Shown here: positions 1 to 12,000 of the stretch, piece after piece
Numbering within the stretch: the stretch's first letter is position 1
Layout of the letters: every line of letters begins with the position of its first letter
Source: Okamejei kenojei
Lineage: Eukaryota
NCBI GenBank assembly: GCA_035221665.1
Contig: CM069133.1
Location: 10,230,001 to 10,294,000 of the forward strand
DNA length: 64,000 bases
Reading direction: 5' to 3'
Made by a program: the position numbers and the translations under genes
The notes under the pieces: generated by a model
The model's input: the letters and a program-made list of their open reading frames with translations, nothing else
What the model was told of the DNA's origin: nothing
Databases searched by the model: none

Positions 1-639
1 TTGCTTGGTATTGTGTTCTTTGTCAGTGACTGATCACAATGTGTCATTACCCTGATTTCCTATCTAAGCATGGGATTCCTGTGTAAATCAAGTTCAATTT
101 AGGACACATACTGCAACATATAATTTAAATGGATGGTCATCTGACAGTCAATAATAATGATCACATTGGGTCAATTTTGATGAAAATCCATTTGGAATCA
201 GAAACCAAGAGGTTATTTCCTCCATAATATTCACTTTTAGTCTAATTGTCCTCCTTTTTACTTTCATAAGTGGGGGACTAGACCAGGGCATGACCTCACT
301 ATACTCACTACAGAGTACTCAGTATGCAAACCATCAAGGAGCTGGGTTATTTTCACAGCCCAGTTCCATTCTCATTCTAGTCCGACCACTTGTTCAGATT
401 GGTTTTAAGCCGCGAAACAGGCACATATGTGAACTGCGGATCTGTTGGAAAAACTTTCCTTCCATCCTTCTCAGGCACATTTATTAATTGGGTGATTATA
501 AGGGAGTATTCCATTTCAAATGATTTATTGGTCAACTCCTCGGATGTTTCAATCTGAGTGTGCTCAGGGGCAATACTGACAACAGTGTCCTTGGTACCTC
601 TGCAAAAGCATAGTTGGCACCCCTGCTGATAAGAGTAGT

Positions 640-776
640 CTTCCTCTTCTTGCGTATGGCGTGCACAGCCTAAAGTTGTAGGTCAACTTGTTCTATTTGA
701 TCTTGTTTGTGCACGTTGGTTTGATTGCATTAGTCGAAACAGGGTAGACCTCGTGAAGTTTGTAATCTCCCACCAC
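640..776 (-). mobile_element. 137-bp non-autonomous non-LTR element (SINE/SIDE-like) with ribozyme-like head and (AAG)-type tail
   Basis: 11-bp TSD with 1 mismatch (ataagagtagt 629-639 / ataaaagtagt 777-787); minus strand ends in ...CAAGAAGAGGAAG; no tRNA A/B boxes. Confidence 0.75.
723..776 (-). ncRNA. Minimal HDV/CPEB3-like ribozyme motif (degenerate copy)
   Basis: Minus strand GUGGUGG-GA-GAUUACA-AAC-UUCACGA-GGU-CUACCCU-GU-UUCGA-CUAA-UGCAAUC maps onto P1/P2/P3/L3/P3'/P1'/short P4/J4-2/P2'; one mismatch each in P1, P2 and P3. Confidence 0.65.
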
Positions 777-859
777 ATAAAAGTAGTAATGAATGTGGGA
801 GGAAGGCTATGAATATTCATTCTTGATTCATCTCTACGTATTAGAGATTCGAGAGATTA

Positions 860-1180
860 GAGAGGGTAGGGAAGATTCAAACAAGAGGGCATGACATGAG
901 AATTAAGGGACAGAGGTTTCGGGGTAATGTGAGGGGGAACTTCTTTACTCAGAGGGTGGTGGCTGTGTGGAATCAGCTTCCAGCAGAAGTGGTGGAGGCA
1001 GGATCGATTTTAACATTTAAGAGTAAAGTGGATAGGTATATAGACGTGAAGGGAATGGAGGGGTATGGTCTGAGTGCAGGTAGATGGGACTAGGGGAAAA
1101 CAAATGGTCGGCACGGACTGGAAGGGCCGAGAGGGCCTGTTTCCGTGCTGTAATTGTTATATGGTTATATGTTATATGGT
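860..1180 (+). mobile_element. CR1/HER1-like LINE 3' fragment
   Basis: ORF 896-1093 with FFTQRVVAVWNQLP, the CR1 ORF2 C-terminal motif; 3' UTR ends in a short TATGGT/TAT repeat tail. Confidence 0.9.
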
Positions 1181-1849
1181 ATTAGGTATGCCACCTTGCG
1201 GAAGACCAATACATGTTTTACCACAAAGAATTTCGACCTAAAATGATAATATTTTTAGAGTTTGTGACAAAATAATATCTTACCAGTCAACTGGTCATCC
1301 AATAATATTCACTTGAGGTTTTCGCTCAATGTGTTGACAATTGACGGTCTGCCAATTTTGTGACTGAGAGTGAAGCACAAAGCAAGGAGCAAGGCATTGA
1401 CAAAAACAGCAGTGTTTACACATTTATATCACAAAGGAGACATTGTTAGAGACGTAGTCTTCAAAATAATTCTACTGTTTGTGCTGAAATGTCAGAATAG
1501 TGAAGGCAGTGATGAGATCATTGTGTTTGCACTGGCTGGCCACAAGAACCTCAGGACTGGTAATGGCCACAGTATTTGTCAGCATCATGGTAGCCACATT
1601 GAGGTGAAGTTTGCAACATCATAATTTTTAAATCTAGACCAAAGTCCGGCTATAGCATTTTCACAGATTATACAGTTTAATAAGAAAGTTACATTAAAAT
1701 GGTACTGTCTGGTAAACTGACTGGTTCTTAATTAACACAACTTTGAACTGAAAACCTCTTCTTGACTCATGGGTTAATAATCCCGTACTTGGCACAGGAA
1801 GAAACGTTGAAGTCATTTGTCCTTACAGTAGCTTCAACCAGAGACAGAT

Positions 1850-2226
1850 TAAGGTCATAAGGTAATAAGTGATAGGAGCAGAATTAAGCCATTCAGCCCA
1901 TTAAGTCTACTCCGCCATTCAATCTTGGCTGATCTATCTCTCCCTCCTAACCCCATTCTCCTGCCTTCTCCCCATAACCTCTGACACCTGTAATAATCAA
2001 GAATCTATCTATCTCTGCCTTAAATATATCCACTGGCTTGGCCTCCACATCCTTATGTGGCAAAGAATTCCACAGATTCACCACCCTCTGACTAAAGAAA
2101 TTCCTCCTCATCTCCTTCCTAAAAGAACTTCCTTTAATTTTGATGCTATGACCACTAGTCCTAGACTCTCCCACTAGTTGAACCATCCTCTCCACATCCA
2201 CTGTCTCCAAGCCTTTCACTATTCTG
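1850..2226 (-). mobile_element. CR1/HER1-like LINE 3' fragment
   Basis: ORF 1947-2219 with RNFFSQRVVNLWNSLP; 3' UTR shared with other copies in the window. Confidence 0.9.
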
Positions 2227-3334
2227 GATTTGAATAATCTGGATCAAAGTTCCCTTTGGTGTGCTCCAGCATGAGTGGTGAAAACACTAGACAATAATTC
2301 ACAATATCGCCTATTCATGAGGTTTTAATACAATTTACTATTACCTTACACTCTTCAGGTAAGCTTATTTACTCTCCTTTATAAAAGATGCATGTTGTAT
2401 GGTTAATGATGCAATATTATTGCAGCATTAAGATAAACTATGCCATGCTCTCTTAGAAATATAAAACAACAAATCATTTATATACCTTAAATATATTTGA
2501 AAATCTAACCATGCAAACCATCTTTTTCACTTTCTTGAGGCTCAATACCTAGATCATTGCAAGTAAAATATTTTTCTTTGGCACTTAAGAGTAAAAATGT
2601 ATGGTATGTGTCTTTCTAACTGACATCATAGTGTACGTTGACAATATTCATATTTCACGAGTTTGTATACAATACAATACATTTGTACTCTAGTTTAATG
2701 TACAGCTGTATCCTACTTCTTTACAAAGTACAATTGCTATACATTTCAAACTTTAAAATGGTATCAAATAAACTTATAGTAATGATAATACACCACAATA
2801 TTTAGCTTTAATTCTATTTCCATTTGGTTCATGTTATAGTTATAATTCTTTTCCTGGTCCTGTGTTAAAGTACTGCAGTGCAGAATTCTTTTAATTTGGG
2901 ATAACAATTAATAATCAGATGACAAAACTTTTCATTTTAAAACAGAGTATATTGTGACAGAAAGGTGTTTTTGTGCAACTAATCCAACTTCATAAGCAAT
3001 GTTACTTTCTGTCAACCTACAGATTGTAATGTATTAGCTACTAAATATAGTCTGCTGCTGCAAGACAGAATAATTTTCACTTAAAAGTAAAACATTATAT
3101 TCTGGTGTATGTAAGTAATTTAATTGGAAAAAAACAGATTTCTGGATAAGCCTTCTGATTTCATTTTTCCATCTGAACCCTGTTCATGATTACTTGGGCA
3201 GTAATCCTGTTTCTCTTGCCAGAATTGACAAAAGGTCTGACTGTTAGTGATACCTTTCAGAACTAAATTTACTCCAGAGTGACAGAGGCAGGTGGACACA
3301 GGGCATCCAGCCACTTGTGCAAAGCATCACGCTA

Positions 3335-3504
3335 CTATAGGTCAACATCGAGAGGGGAAAAAGACGTTGTCTTCAGAGTTGAAACAGATCGAAGCAAGCT
3401 CATCCCGAAGAGGGGGGGTTTCTCTTCAAAGCCAGCTGGTCTGGCTTTATCTTTAGGATTTTTTTTTACCTGCACCGTTTGATCAGCCAACCCTGCAGCA
3501 GGTG
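3335..3504 (-). other. Candidate spliced exon of a minus-strand transcript (coding status unknown)
   Basis: Acceptor tttctttctatgctctgcAG; locally higher GC; open frame to TAG at 3335; upstream donor AAG|GTAAGG at 3607/3606; peptide not recognised. Confidence 0.3.
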
Positions 3505-6500
3505 CTGCAGAGCATAGAAAGAAAGACATTGGTGAGTTTTTGAAATTAATGTAAAAAAAAGTGTTTTCCAACTCCCAATTGCAGTATTTGTGTGCAAACG
3601 CCTTACCTTAGCATAAAGAAAACTAATTTCTAAGCTTGGTCTAATATTTGAAGTGTTACTGGCTATATATTTAAAGAAATGTAGTACGTGAATAATGATT
3701 ATATTATCATAAAGTACAGGCTCTTCTTACATGCTCATGGTGTTATCTATTGCCATACATGGTGAACAAAGAGAGTTTGAAATTAGTTAAAAATACTCAT
3801 CAGCAAATTAAGAAATATACAGCATATAGGATAAAATGGGTGATATATATGTTTCTTTAATTCAATGAAATGATCTTCAAATTAGTTTCATGTAAATCAC
3901 AGAAAAATCAACTTTTATATTATATGAATTATTATTGGTAATTATATTTTCGCTTGAGGTATCTAGATAAATACCTGTTCAGTAATGTTGCTAGAGATAT
4001 AGGTAGAATCACAGCATACATTCACTTCAATCTAGATTTAAAAACTTAGATCCTTTTTGAAGTCAGAAAGTATCAAACCTGCTGTCGTAGATCTTCATGA
4101 CTTTGTTAATCTGTAATCAAAAGACAAATATTTAATATTATGTGTCCATTATTGATGCTGCAAACATTTAATGAAGAGTCTGCATTTAATTTCTGTAAAT
4201 GCAAACTGTTGGTTTAAAAGCTGAAGTTAAATAACAGATACAAAGAGAAGGTATGCCAACATTGATATTAATCTGTTCTGAGTAAATATAACAGCTGGTG
4301 ATAGAGTGCGGTTGTTTTTTCAAAGCTTAATTTTTCAAATGATCTTTTTCATTCATTTGCTACATAAGAATAATTTTAATAGATTAAATGAAAAAAGTTA
4401 AGATATCAGCAGCGACAGATTAAATCAATTGGATTTAGCCTGAATTCCAAAAACTGGCTGACATAATCTTGACTTTGACATACATAATTTACAGCTGTCC
4501 TCTAGGTCATGCTTCTAATGCAGACGCACCCACCTCTGTAGAATTACTGCAAATACGAAATGGATACTTCATTGAGTTATTTTGCAACCTTGGTTGTTGA
4601 GTACCATTATAATTGAAATCTAGAAGAAATGGGGAATAAATATAAAATTCAAATAATAGTATAGAAAGACACAGATATCCTATGAATGTTAAACTACAAA
4701 AAAATCTTCTTCAGACATAGACTTTAACATTGCGTTAAAGGTCACTAACTGAACAGAATAAATAAAACCCATTGATATCATGCTTGTGATTGAGACTACT
4801 TTTCCCAAAATACTAGATTTATAATGGCCTGGATGTCTTTCTTTCTTAGCCTATCTACAACCATGAATAATTATCAATAAATGAGTTTGCAAACCGATTT
4901 GACCTCAGACGTATATACATTTTCTTTATGATTAAACAATTCAAAATGATCAAAATTATAAATGAAAGCCCTTTTGTTCACTTGAGTTTGCTTGTGTTTT
5001 GGAGCCAGACAATGGAACACAGTATTGAGCCAGGAAGGCTTGTTGTGTTTTCTTCAGGAAAGAAATAGACTGGATTTGCTAAATACAAGTCCCAAAATAT
5101 GGTGAAATCCCCAATAACTAATTCGTAAACAATGGATCCAAATTCATTGGCTAAAATCAATGACTTTGTATATTAGTGGCAATGTTATTTTTGTCCTAAT
5201 GGAAAAAGGGTATTCCATTGGAGGACATACGTCAAAGCTGGCAAATCTCTCTGAAAGCTGTGCAAATATATCTGATTTACCTAGTCATTCGGCAGCAATG
5301 GTGATTGGTTTGGTGAATATAGCTTTAAAATGTTATTTAAAAAAACATTGTTTTATCGGGTCAAAGTGAAGAAAATCATATGCCAGGCCTTGTAAAGTTC
5401 ATTTTGTTCAATGAGCACAGACATTTGTTCCCATTAATCTCTATAAAATAGTTATGCTTGTGGACGCTGGACTATTGTGCTTTTATCCAATTTTTCTCAG
5501 ATTCTGGACTGCATCATTTTACATTTCATTCTTGGTCCACTAGTTTTTGTCCATTTGACGCACAACGAGGCAGGATTATAGCTTGTTAGAATGCTTGAAA
5601 AAGGATTTATATAACTGATAAAAGTTACCAAAATAGCAACTCAAGAACTACATATCAGTATCAGTATAAGTAAGTTGTTTAATGGCACAGCAGTCTACAG
5701 GCATCAACCCCCCCCCCCCCCCCCCCCCCCCCCCTTTCAGTTAAATTCAAGGGAAATTAAAATACTCTTGATTTACTCGTCTGTCAAAATAACTTTTTAA
5801 TGATTTGAAATATTTACCGACTCTAAAAGACAAGTGGGAAAATTGTTTTCCAAGCGCCATGCACATACATATAATTTAAATGCTGCCATAGCCACCCTAA
5901 TTTAGATATCTACTGCTGTATTAAATGGAGGCACTGAGCATTAAGGGGGGGGGGGGGGCTGCTTATCTGCCTTCTTGCCATAGTGCCCGAATATTTTATT
6001 TATTCCTATTTAAAAACAAACGCACGAGCCCACTATGTGGGTGATCGTTTCACCTTACGTGTTGAGGAAAGGCACTTCATATAAAACACGACGAATGTGT
6101 ACATCGGTGGCATAGAGTGAAAGAGCAAGGTTTCCCCGCGCAGTATTTAAAGTGGATTATCAGATAACATGATTAATGGCTTTACGTTGGTATCATGCTC
6201 CCTTTGAACTTCCAGTAAATTGAAGAGAAAAGTATTTACCTATAGATACTTCAAAACATGGACATTACTGTGCCCTGCCACTTAAAAACTAAAATAACTA
6301 GACCTTTGCAATGCCATGCCCGCTAATTAAAGCAGTAAGCTCATTCAAACAAGTCGGGTTAGTGGGGACCCCAAATTTCCACAATCGTATCCGTAATGTT
6401 TAATCAAACGACCGGAGATTTTTTTTTTAATTGATTAGTCCAGTGACAACTGTGAAGAATTGTAATATATGCGTATTAAGACGTGAAAAAGGTTTTTCAA

Positions 6501-6507
6501 TATCATC

Positions 6508-6835
6508 TTAGACACAAAATGCTGGAGTAACTAACTCAGCGGGAGAGGCAGCATGTTGTTAAAGAAGGAACTGCAGATGCTGGAGGATCGAGGGTACACA
6601 AAAGGCTGGAGAAACTCAGCGGGTGCAGCAGCATCTAAGGACAGGCAGCATCCCTGGTGAGAAGGAATGGGTGACGTTCCGGGTCGAGACTCGCCTTCAG
6701 CCCCAACCCAAAACATCACCTTTATTCCTTCTCCCCAGGGACGCTGCCCGTCCCGCCGAGTTACTCCAGCTTTTTTTTTGTGTCGATCTTCGGTGTAAAC
6801 CAGCATCTATCTATCTGCAGCTCCTTTGCTGCACA
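6508..6835. mobile_element. Palindromic Penelope-like short repeat with a nested younger half-copy
   Basis: Family motifs gacacaaaatgctggagtaactcagcggg ... gagttactccagc; 6556-6640 is nearly identical to 17207-17290. Confidence 0.75.
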
Positions 6836-6859
6836 TTTCAATATCAGCTAATCTTTCCG

Positions 6860-7210
6860 TGTGCCAGCGAAGTACGGGGAGTACGTCGTTTTTTTTTTTT
6901 TGGTTGCATGCAAACTCCTTCGATCAGCTGGAGGGCTTGCTACAGAAGTTTTCGTCCCTGCTCAGATATTAAAACGCAACTATTTTTGCTGCTAACGCCA
7001 CAAGCGGCGGCAGCTCCTTGCCTTTTAGCAGCAACTTCGGATGATTGACAGGACGGCGCCGCGCACTGACAGCTCCGGGCGTGACGTGAACGGAGCGGAG
7101 GGTGACTCAATCCAGGCCTGGCGAGGGAGGGAGGGAGGGAGGGGAAATTGTGCACATATTTATCAAAAAATACACCTTACTGCGCCGTCCCAAAAAGTTT
7201 AGCCGGTACA
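6860..7210. promoter_or_regulatory. CpG-rich promoter/enhancer segment
   Basis: High CpG in AT-rich background; GTGACGTG (CRE/ATF-like, ~7081), TGACTCA (AP-1, ~7104), GGAG repeats. Confidence 0.5.
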
Positions 7211-7229
7211 AGAGGTTGAGAAAGGCTCA

Positions 7230-7521
7230 TTGCAACATTTTAAAAACCCATCGCATTCATCCAGAAAGCAACAAAACATCTTAGAGCAAGATGTTATGTT
7301 ATAGGAAAAATAGACACAAAATGCTGGAGTAACTCAGCGGGTCAGACAGCATCTCTGGAGAGAATAGAATGGGTGGTTGCAACATTTTAAAACCCATCGC
7401 ATTCATCCAGAAAGCAACAAAACATCTTAGAGCAAGATGTGTGTTATAGGAAAAATAGACACAAAATGCTGGAGTAACTCAGCGGGTCGGACAGCATCTC
7501 TGGAGAGAATAGAATGGGTGG
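7230..7521 (+). repeat. Tandem duplication, 2 x ~146 bp
   Basis: 7230-7376 and 7377-7521 near-identical; each unit is unique DNA plus a half-copy of the palindromic repeat. Confidence 0.95.
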
Positions 7522-7569
7522 CGTTTCGGGTCGAGACCATTCTCCAACCACATCTTCTAGCAACATGCA

Positions 7570-8030
7570 AGACAGACTCAACATGCTGGAGTCACTCCGC
7601 GGGACAGGCAGCATCTCTGGAGAGAATGGAATGGGTGGCGTTTCGGGTGGAGACCCTTGACACTGAGTCAGGGCAGAGGGAGACTAGAGATATGGAAGGG
7701 TAAGGTGAAAACGATAGATCAAAGCAGACGCTGTTCAAGGAAATGTAGAATAGTTCATTGTTAGCTGGGGGGGGGGGGGGGGGGAAGGTGACAACAACAA
7801 TCAGCAAACAATTATATTACAAGCAACTCTCCGGTCCACTTAAAGAGCGCAAGTCAGTTTGCATTCAAAGCTTTGCAATGAAGATAACACATCGGAATTG
7901 AGTCTGTGTGTAGGAGGGAAGTGCAGATGCTGGGGGTTTACACCGAAGATAGACACACAAAAAACAAGCTGGAGTCGGGCAGCATCTCTTTAGAGAACGA
8001 ATGGGTGACATTTCGAGTGGAGACCATTGT
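7570..8030. mobile_element. Cluster of half-copies of the palindromic Penelope-like repeat
   Basis: tgctggagtcactccgcggg...gtttcgggtggagaccc (7570-7660 plus extension) and a second copy ~7905-8025. Confidence 0.7.
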
Positions 8031-8059
8031 GCACACTGTAATTATTTGATTGCAAAATC

Positions 8060-8400
8060 CCACTGCGGCTGCGGCTGCGGCTGTCCCTCTCACACGCGCA
8101 CACATAAGCAAAACGCCAGCGGGAGTCCGGGAGTCGAACTCGTTTGTCAGCATAGCGCGGAGGGCGACCCGGCCTGTGTGGGTGGGTGGAGGGGTGGGTG
8201 TGTGTGTGTGAGGCGGCCGTGTATCCGTGCGCGGGCGCGCCCCCGCCCCGCCGGGTGTGATTGTGACGCGGGGTCGGCGGCGGGAGCGAGCGCGGCGCGG
8301 GCCCCGCCCCCTCCTGCCCGGGCTGCTGCTCCGCTAAATATAGAAGCAGCTACACACAGACAGGGAGACTGACTGACTGACTGAGTAACCGGGCAGGGCT
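8060..8400 (+). promoter_or_regulatory. CpG island core promoter with GC boxes and MEF2/TATA-like element
   Basis: Very high GC/CpG 8140-8335; several CCCCGCCCC boxes; CTAAATATAG (8334-8343) matches MEF2 CTA(A/T)4TAG; followed by (GACT)n and (CT)n. Confidence 0.7.
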
Positions 8401-8956
8401 CTCTCTCTCTCTCTCTCTTTAACTCTAACTCTGCGAAATGGCTCTATCTATAGCTCTCTACATGGCAGTTTTTTAAAGTGCCGCTGCTTTTTTTTTTAAA
8501 AAGAGAATTTTTTTTTTAATGCATACGAATCTCAGTCCTCACAGTCGATTTACCTTCATCTCACTGGTCAGTAAAAAATAGCAACTTGTTTCCTGCAAAA
8601 AATATACAGCTGTTCAGTTTTACTGACTAGAGTACATCAGTAATTGTTTAATGCTTCAAGCGACAGGGCAAGCAAATTCCGGCCTGTGGATGTAACTGGG
8701 TTTAAATTGGCTTGCTTTTATTTTGCTTAACCCCCCCTCCCCCCCCCCCTCCCCCCCTCCCTTCCTCTCTCTTGAAACTTAGGTTGTGCTCACCCGAGGA
8801 AGGAATTAAATGTTAATACTCTGTGTTATTGTTTCAGCTGTGGTTTTGTTTAATCTTTAATGTTCACATGGCCCTCAAACGTGTTGTTGTGGTGGTGAAT
8901 GATGACGAGCTTTGCGCCGGCTGATGGTCGAATTCTTTGCTCTCTCCTTAATCCAG

Positions 8957-9052
8957 GATGTCAAAGAAGTTGGAGCTGTTAAAGTAACTTTAATTCGTTT
9001 TCAAGAAGGGGAAAATTGAGGTCGAGGACGCAACATTGTCGAGGTTTGTGCG
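8957..9052 (+). other. Candidate non-coding 5' exon of unidentified host gene
   Basis: Acceptor tctttgctctctccttaatccAG and consensus donor GCG|GTAAGT; only a 9-codon ATG ORF (MSKKLELLK*). Confidence 0.5.
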
Positions 9053-12000
9053 GTAAGTGATTCCACCCCCCCCCCCCCCCCTCCTCCACCAATTCTCCTG
9101 TGCGTTTACTTTTCTCTGAGGCTCTGTTTTGACATGTGTGTTCTGTGTGAAAGTACAGAAATCATTTTAATGACTAAAATGGAGATTGCGTGCAATACAT
9201 CTCTGGGTGATAAAGGAATACTTCATGCAAAGTGGAAAAAAAAACAACAGTCACTGTTCATTTTTAATTTGCCGCCTTTATGCTTGGTGTTTTCAGTAAA
9301 ATTGCACGGCGCGATTGCTGTATGGGGTGGGATTTCTGTTGATCGTTTCGAGGGTCTTAAACTAAATGCCTTAACCATTCGAAATAGCATGGTGGATGAA
9401 ATCTAACACAGTGTATTTAATCATTTAATACTTTTGGCATTGGTAGTAGCAGCAATGTTGTAACCCTTCACTGAGTAACGCGATGGCGATGGTGGTAATC
9501 CACATCAGCTCTGACTTTCTTTACATTTCTTCAGTTTTACGTTCAATGGTTTTATGGTGATTTGTCAGTGAGAGTTTATTTTGAAAGTGAGGACTCGATG
9601 CTGCGCATACTTCTGCGCAATAATGGAGTGACTTTTATCCCGCATTTCATCGGATGCAGAGAATCATGTTACTCAAATTACGCTGGATCTGTGGCCAAGG
9701 TTGTTTATTTGCGATTTCCTCAACTTTATCAATCTCTATCTGTAGTGATTTGGACTTCCTGCACTGATGCAGTCCAGGGAAGTTGACGCCGTCCGGGGGA
9801 AAAAAAAACGCTGCTGTTTTTAATTTCCAAGTAGCTGTTCGGCATGGCGTTATTTGTTATGAAATGGGCCGTCAATGCTGGCGCGGTGGGAAATGCTCTG
9901 ACACCAGAATGTGGATAGCTGCTTTCCAAGTTGTGCTGCGACGCAACGTATTGAACCAATGTCTTGTATCGCACCAACTCGTCATCAAGGGCAACCTGAT
10001 TTCATTTTTTTAGACTTAATTTTCAATCTTCAGATTCCTACATCCTCCTTCACACACCCTTACCTTTCCATCATTTATTTTCAACTTTCATTCAGATCTA
10101 AGTCGTTCTTTAATGTCATCTTCCCATCCATTCAGTTCATCGGAGCATTGTTTTGTTTATGTTTCCTAACACGGCAAACCACATTTTTATAACGTTATTT
10201 TACACAAAGGACAGTTCTTTTGTTTTTATCCTGGCTTCCTCGATCTGTCATTCGGAGTACTTGCAAGTTTTCAGACAAATTAGCTACATGAACACAGGAA
10301 AGCTTTTGTTAACTCGAAGCAGAATTGATGCAGAACCAGAAATGCATTTTACTGGGATACAATTCTAGTTGTATTGTACTTGGCCACAATTTTTCATGCG
10401 TTAGTGAGAAATTAAAATGCATATGCCCTTTTTACAAGGTGCCATCTATGTGTTCTGGAAATGTTCAGTTATTCCCGGAATGTTGGTCTACCCTTTAGGT
10501 TTTAAATGTATCGGGCTAATGACGGTAATATGTTGCATTGTAATCCAAGTTGTTGAAATGCTGTCAGAGAAGACCATGCTCGAAGTTACGTTATCAAAAC
10601 AAAATATGACAGATTTCGCAATAATGAAATGGAAGCGACGAATACGTATTGTACAGCGCAGTGGTGGTGTGTTACATCAAGTCGAGGAGCCCAAACAGTT
10701 TGTTTATTCTACGGGACTTATCAGTATTAGCTAATCACGCGAAAGAGGAGAGTTAATGTTTTCTGTTCTGGCTGGTGGTTGAGCGGTTGTTTTAGGAAAA
10801 TGCTGAAGATGTGATCCCGCCCCTTCACAAGAGTGAAACTGATAATCCATAAAACTGGTTTAGGATTGTGGGAGAATTCAGGTCGTGTTACTTCTTCCTC
10901 GCTGCCACTTAGTCGTTCAACCAAATATCTGGCGATTTAAAAAAAAAATATTGCTCAGATGTTCCCCAATCGACACCGTTCGATCAAATTTATTTGAGAC
11001 CAGTAGGTTGCTCGGGTGGAAAGCAGACACCAGGTGTAGTCGAGTATCTATCATATGCACACCTTCCGTTTGGAGAATACTTTTTTTTTCCCCCAGAGAA
11101 GATTCGACAGTGAGTGAAATCCAAACAGCAGATAGGATCAATTTTAAATTCTGGACAACTTTATGGTTGTCACTTGTAATAGTGTCAGCGTCGCCGCCCC
11201 ACTATCTTGACAGCTGGTTGCAGTAGTTTGCAATACCTATCAATGCTGCATTCCCTTTATTTTCCGTATTCGGGCGTTGTTGAGGCCCCGATGTTTGTAA
11301 GATGAAACCTGTTACTTTGCGATGTCAGATATGTGGTGTTGTTGATTACATCCTGATGCTTTGACCTTGCTGTGTGTGCTCCGTGTTCCTAATTGACGTT
11401 AATATAAAAGAACAAGGAACTGGCTCTTTGGAGCAGAGACACATGATATTTTGTCTTTTAAGAAGTGTAACATATTAGCATATGCCCTCAAGCGATATAT
11501 ATTTAAATTAGTCAACTTTTCCAACCTTTAACTCGTACATTAATTAATTGGGAAGCATGTGTTTCCAGGTAGTTTTGAAAACATATTGCACATCATTGCA
11601 ACCACGGAGTGAAACATAGCATGTTAAGAAATGCAGCTAAGTTCAATGTTAATGTATAACAGACAAGTATTGCTAGAGGACATTGTTCAAAGCAAAGTAA
11701 TCTTTTGCATCAAAATATAATTTGGTTGATAGTTTGTCAGTTCAAACCTGAAGGTAGATTCCTTGGTGCTGATTTAAGTTTTGAGGTTACTTGGTGCTGA
11801 TTTTAGTTTTTAGGTTATTTCTATTTCCTGGTATTTTTGTATGAGTACACAGGTAGGAAAGAACATTGATATGCCAACCTGGGAAATGACTGCCACAGTT
11901 TTATTTTGCTGGTAATGCTGACAGGTATAGCATGGGAAAGGCGTTCATAAAAATTTCTATTGGCTTGACAAATATCTCTTAAGAATATCTGACTGTTGAT

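Noticed and set aside
1370-1624. 84-aa ORF with YHKGDIV resembling RPL21
   Set aside because: Similarity limited to a few residues; non-ATG start; no further alignment
7230-7660. Repeat-spacer-like pattern suggestive of CRISPR
   Set aside because: Eukaryotic context; explained by tandem duplication plus TE half-copies; spacers not unique
8001-8372. 123-aa Ala/Arg/Pro/Cys-rich ORF
   Set aside because: Starts inside a repeat and runs through the GC-rich promoter; stop-codon scarcity artefact
8899-8924. C box (ATGATGA) and D box (CTGA)
   Set aside because: Too close together and no terminal stem for a snoRNA
11762-11817. 2 x 28-bp imperfect tandem repeat (similar case at 63145-63181)
   Set aside because: Ordinary small slippage duplications with no further structure
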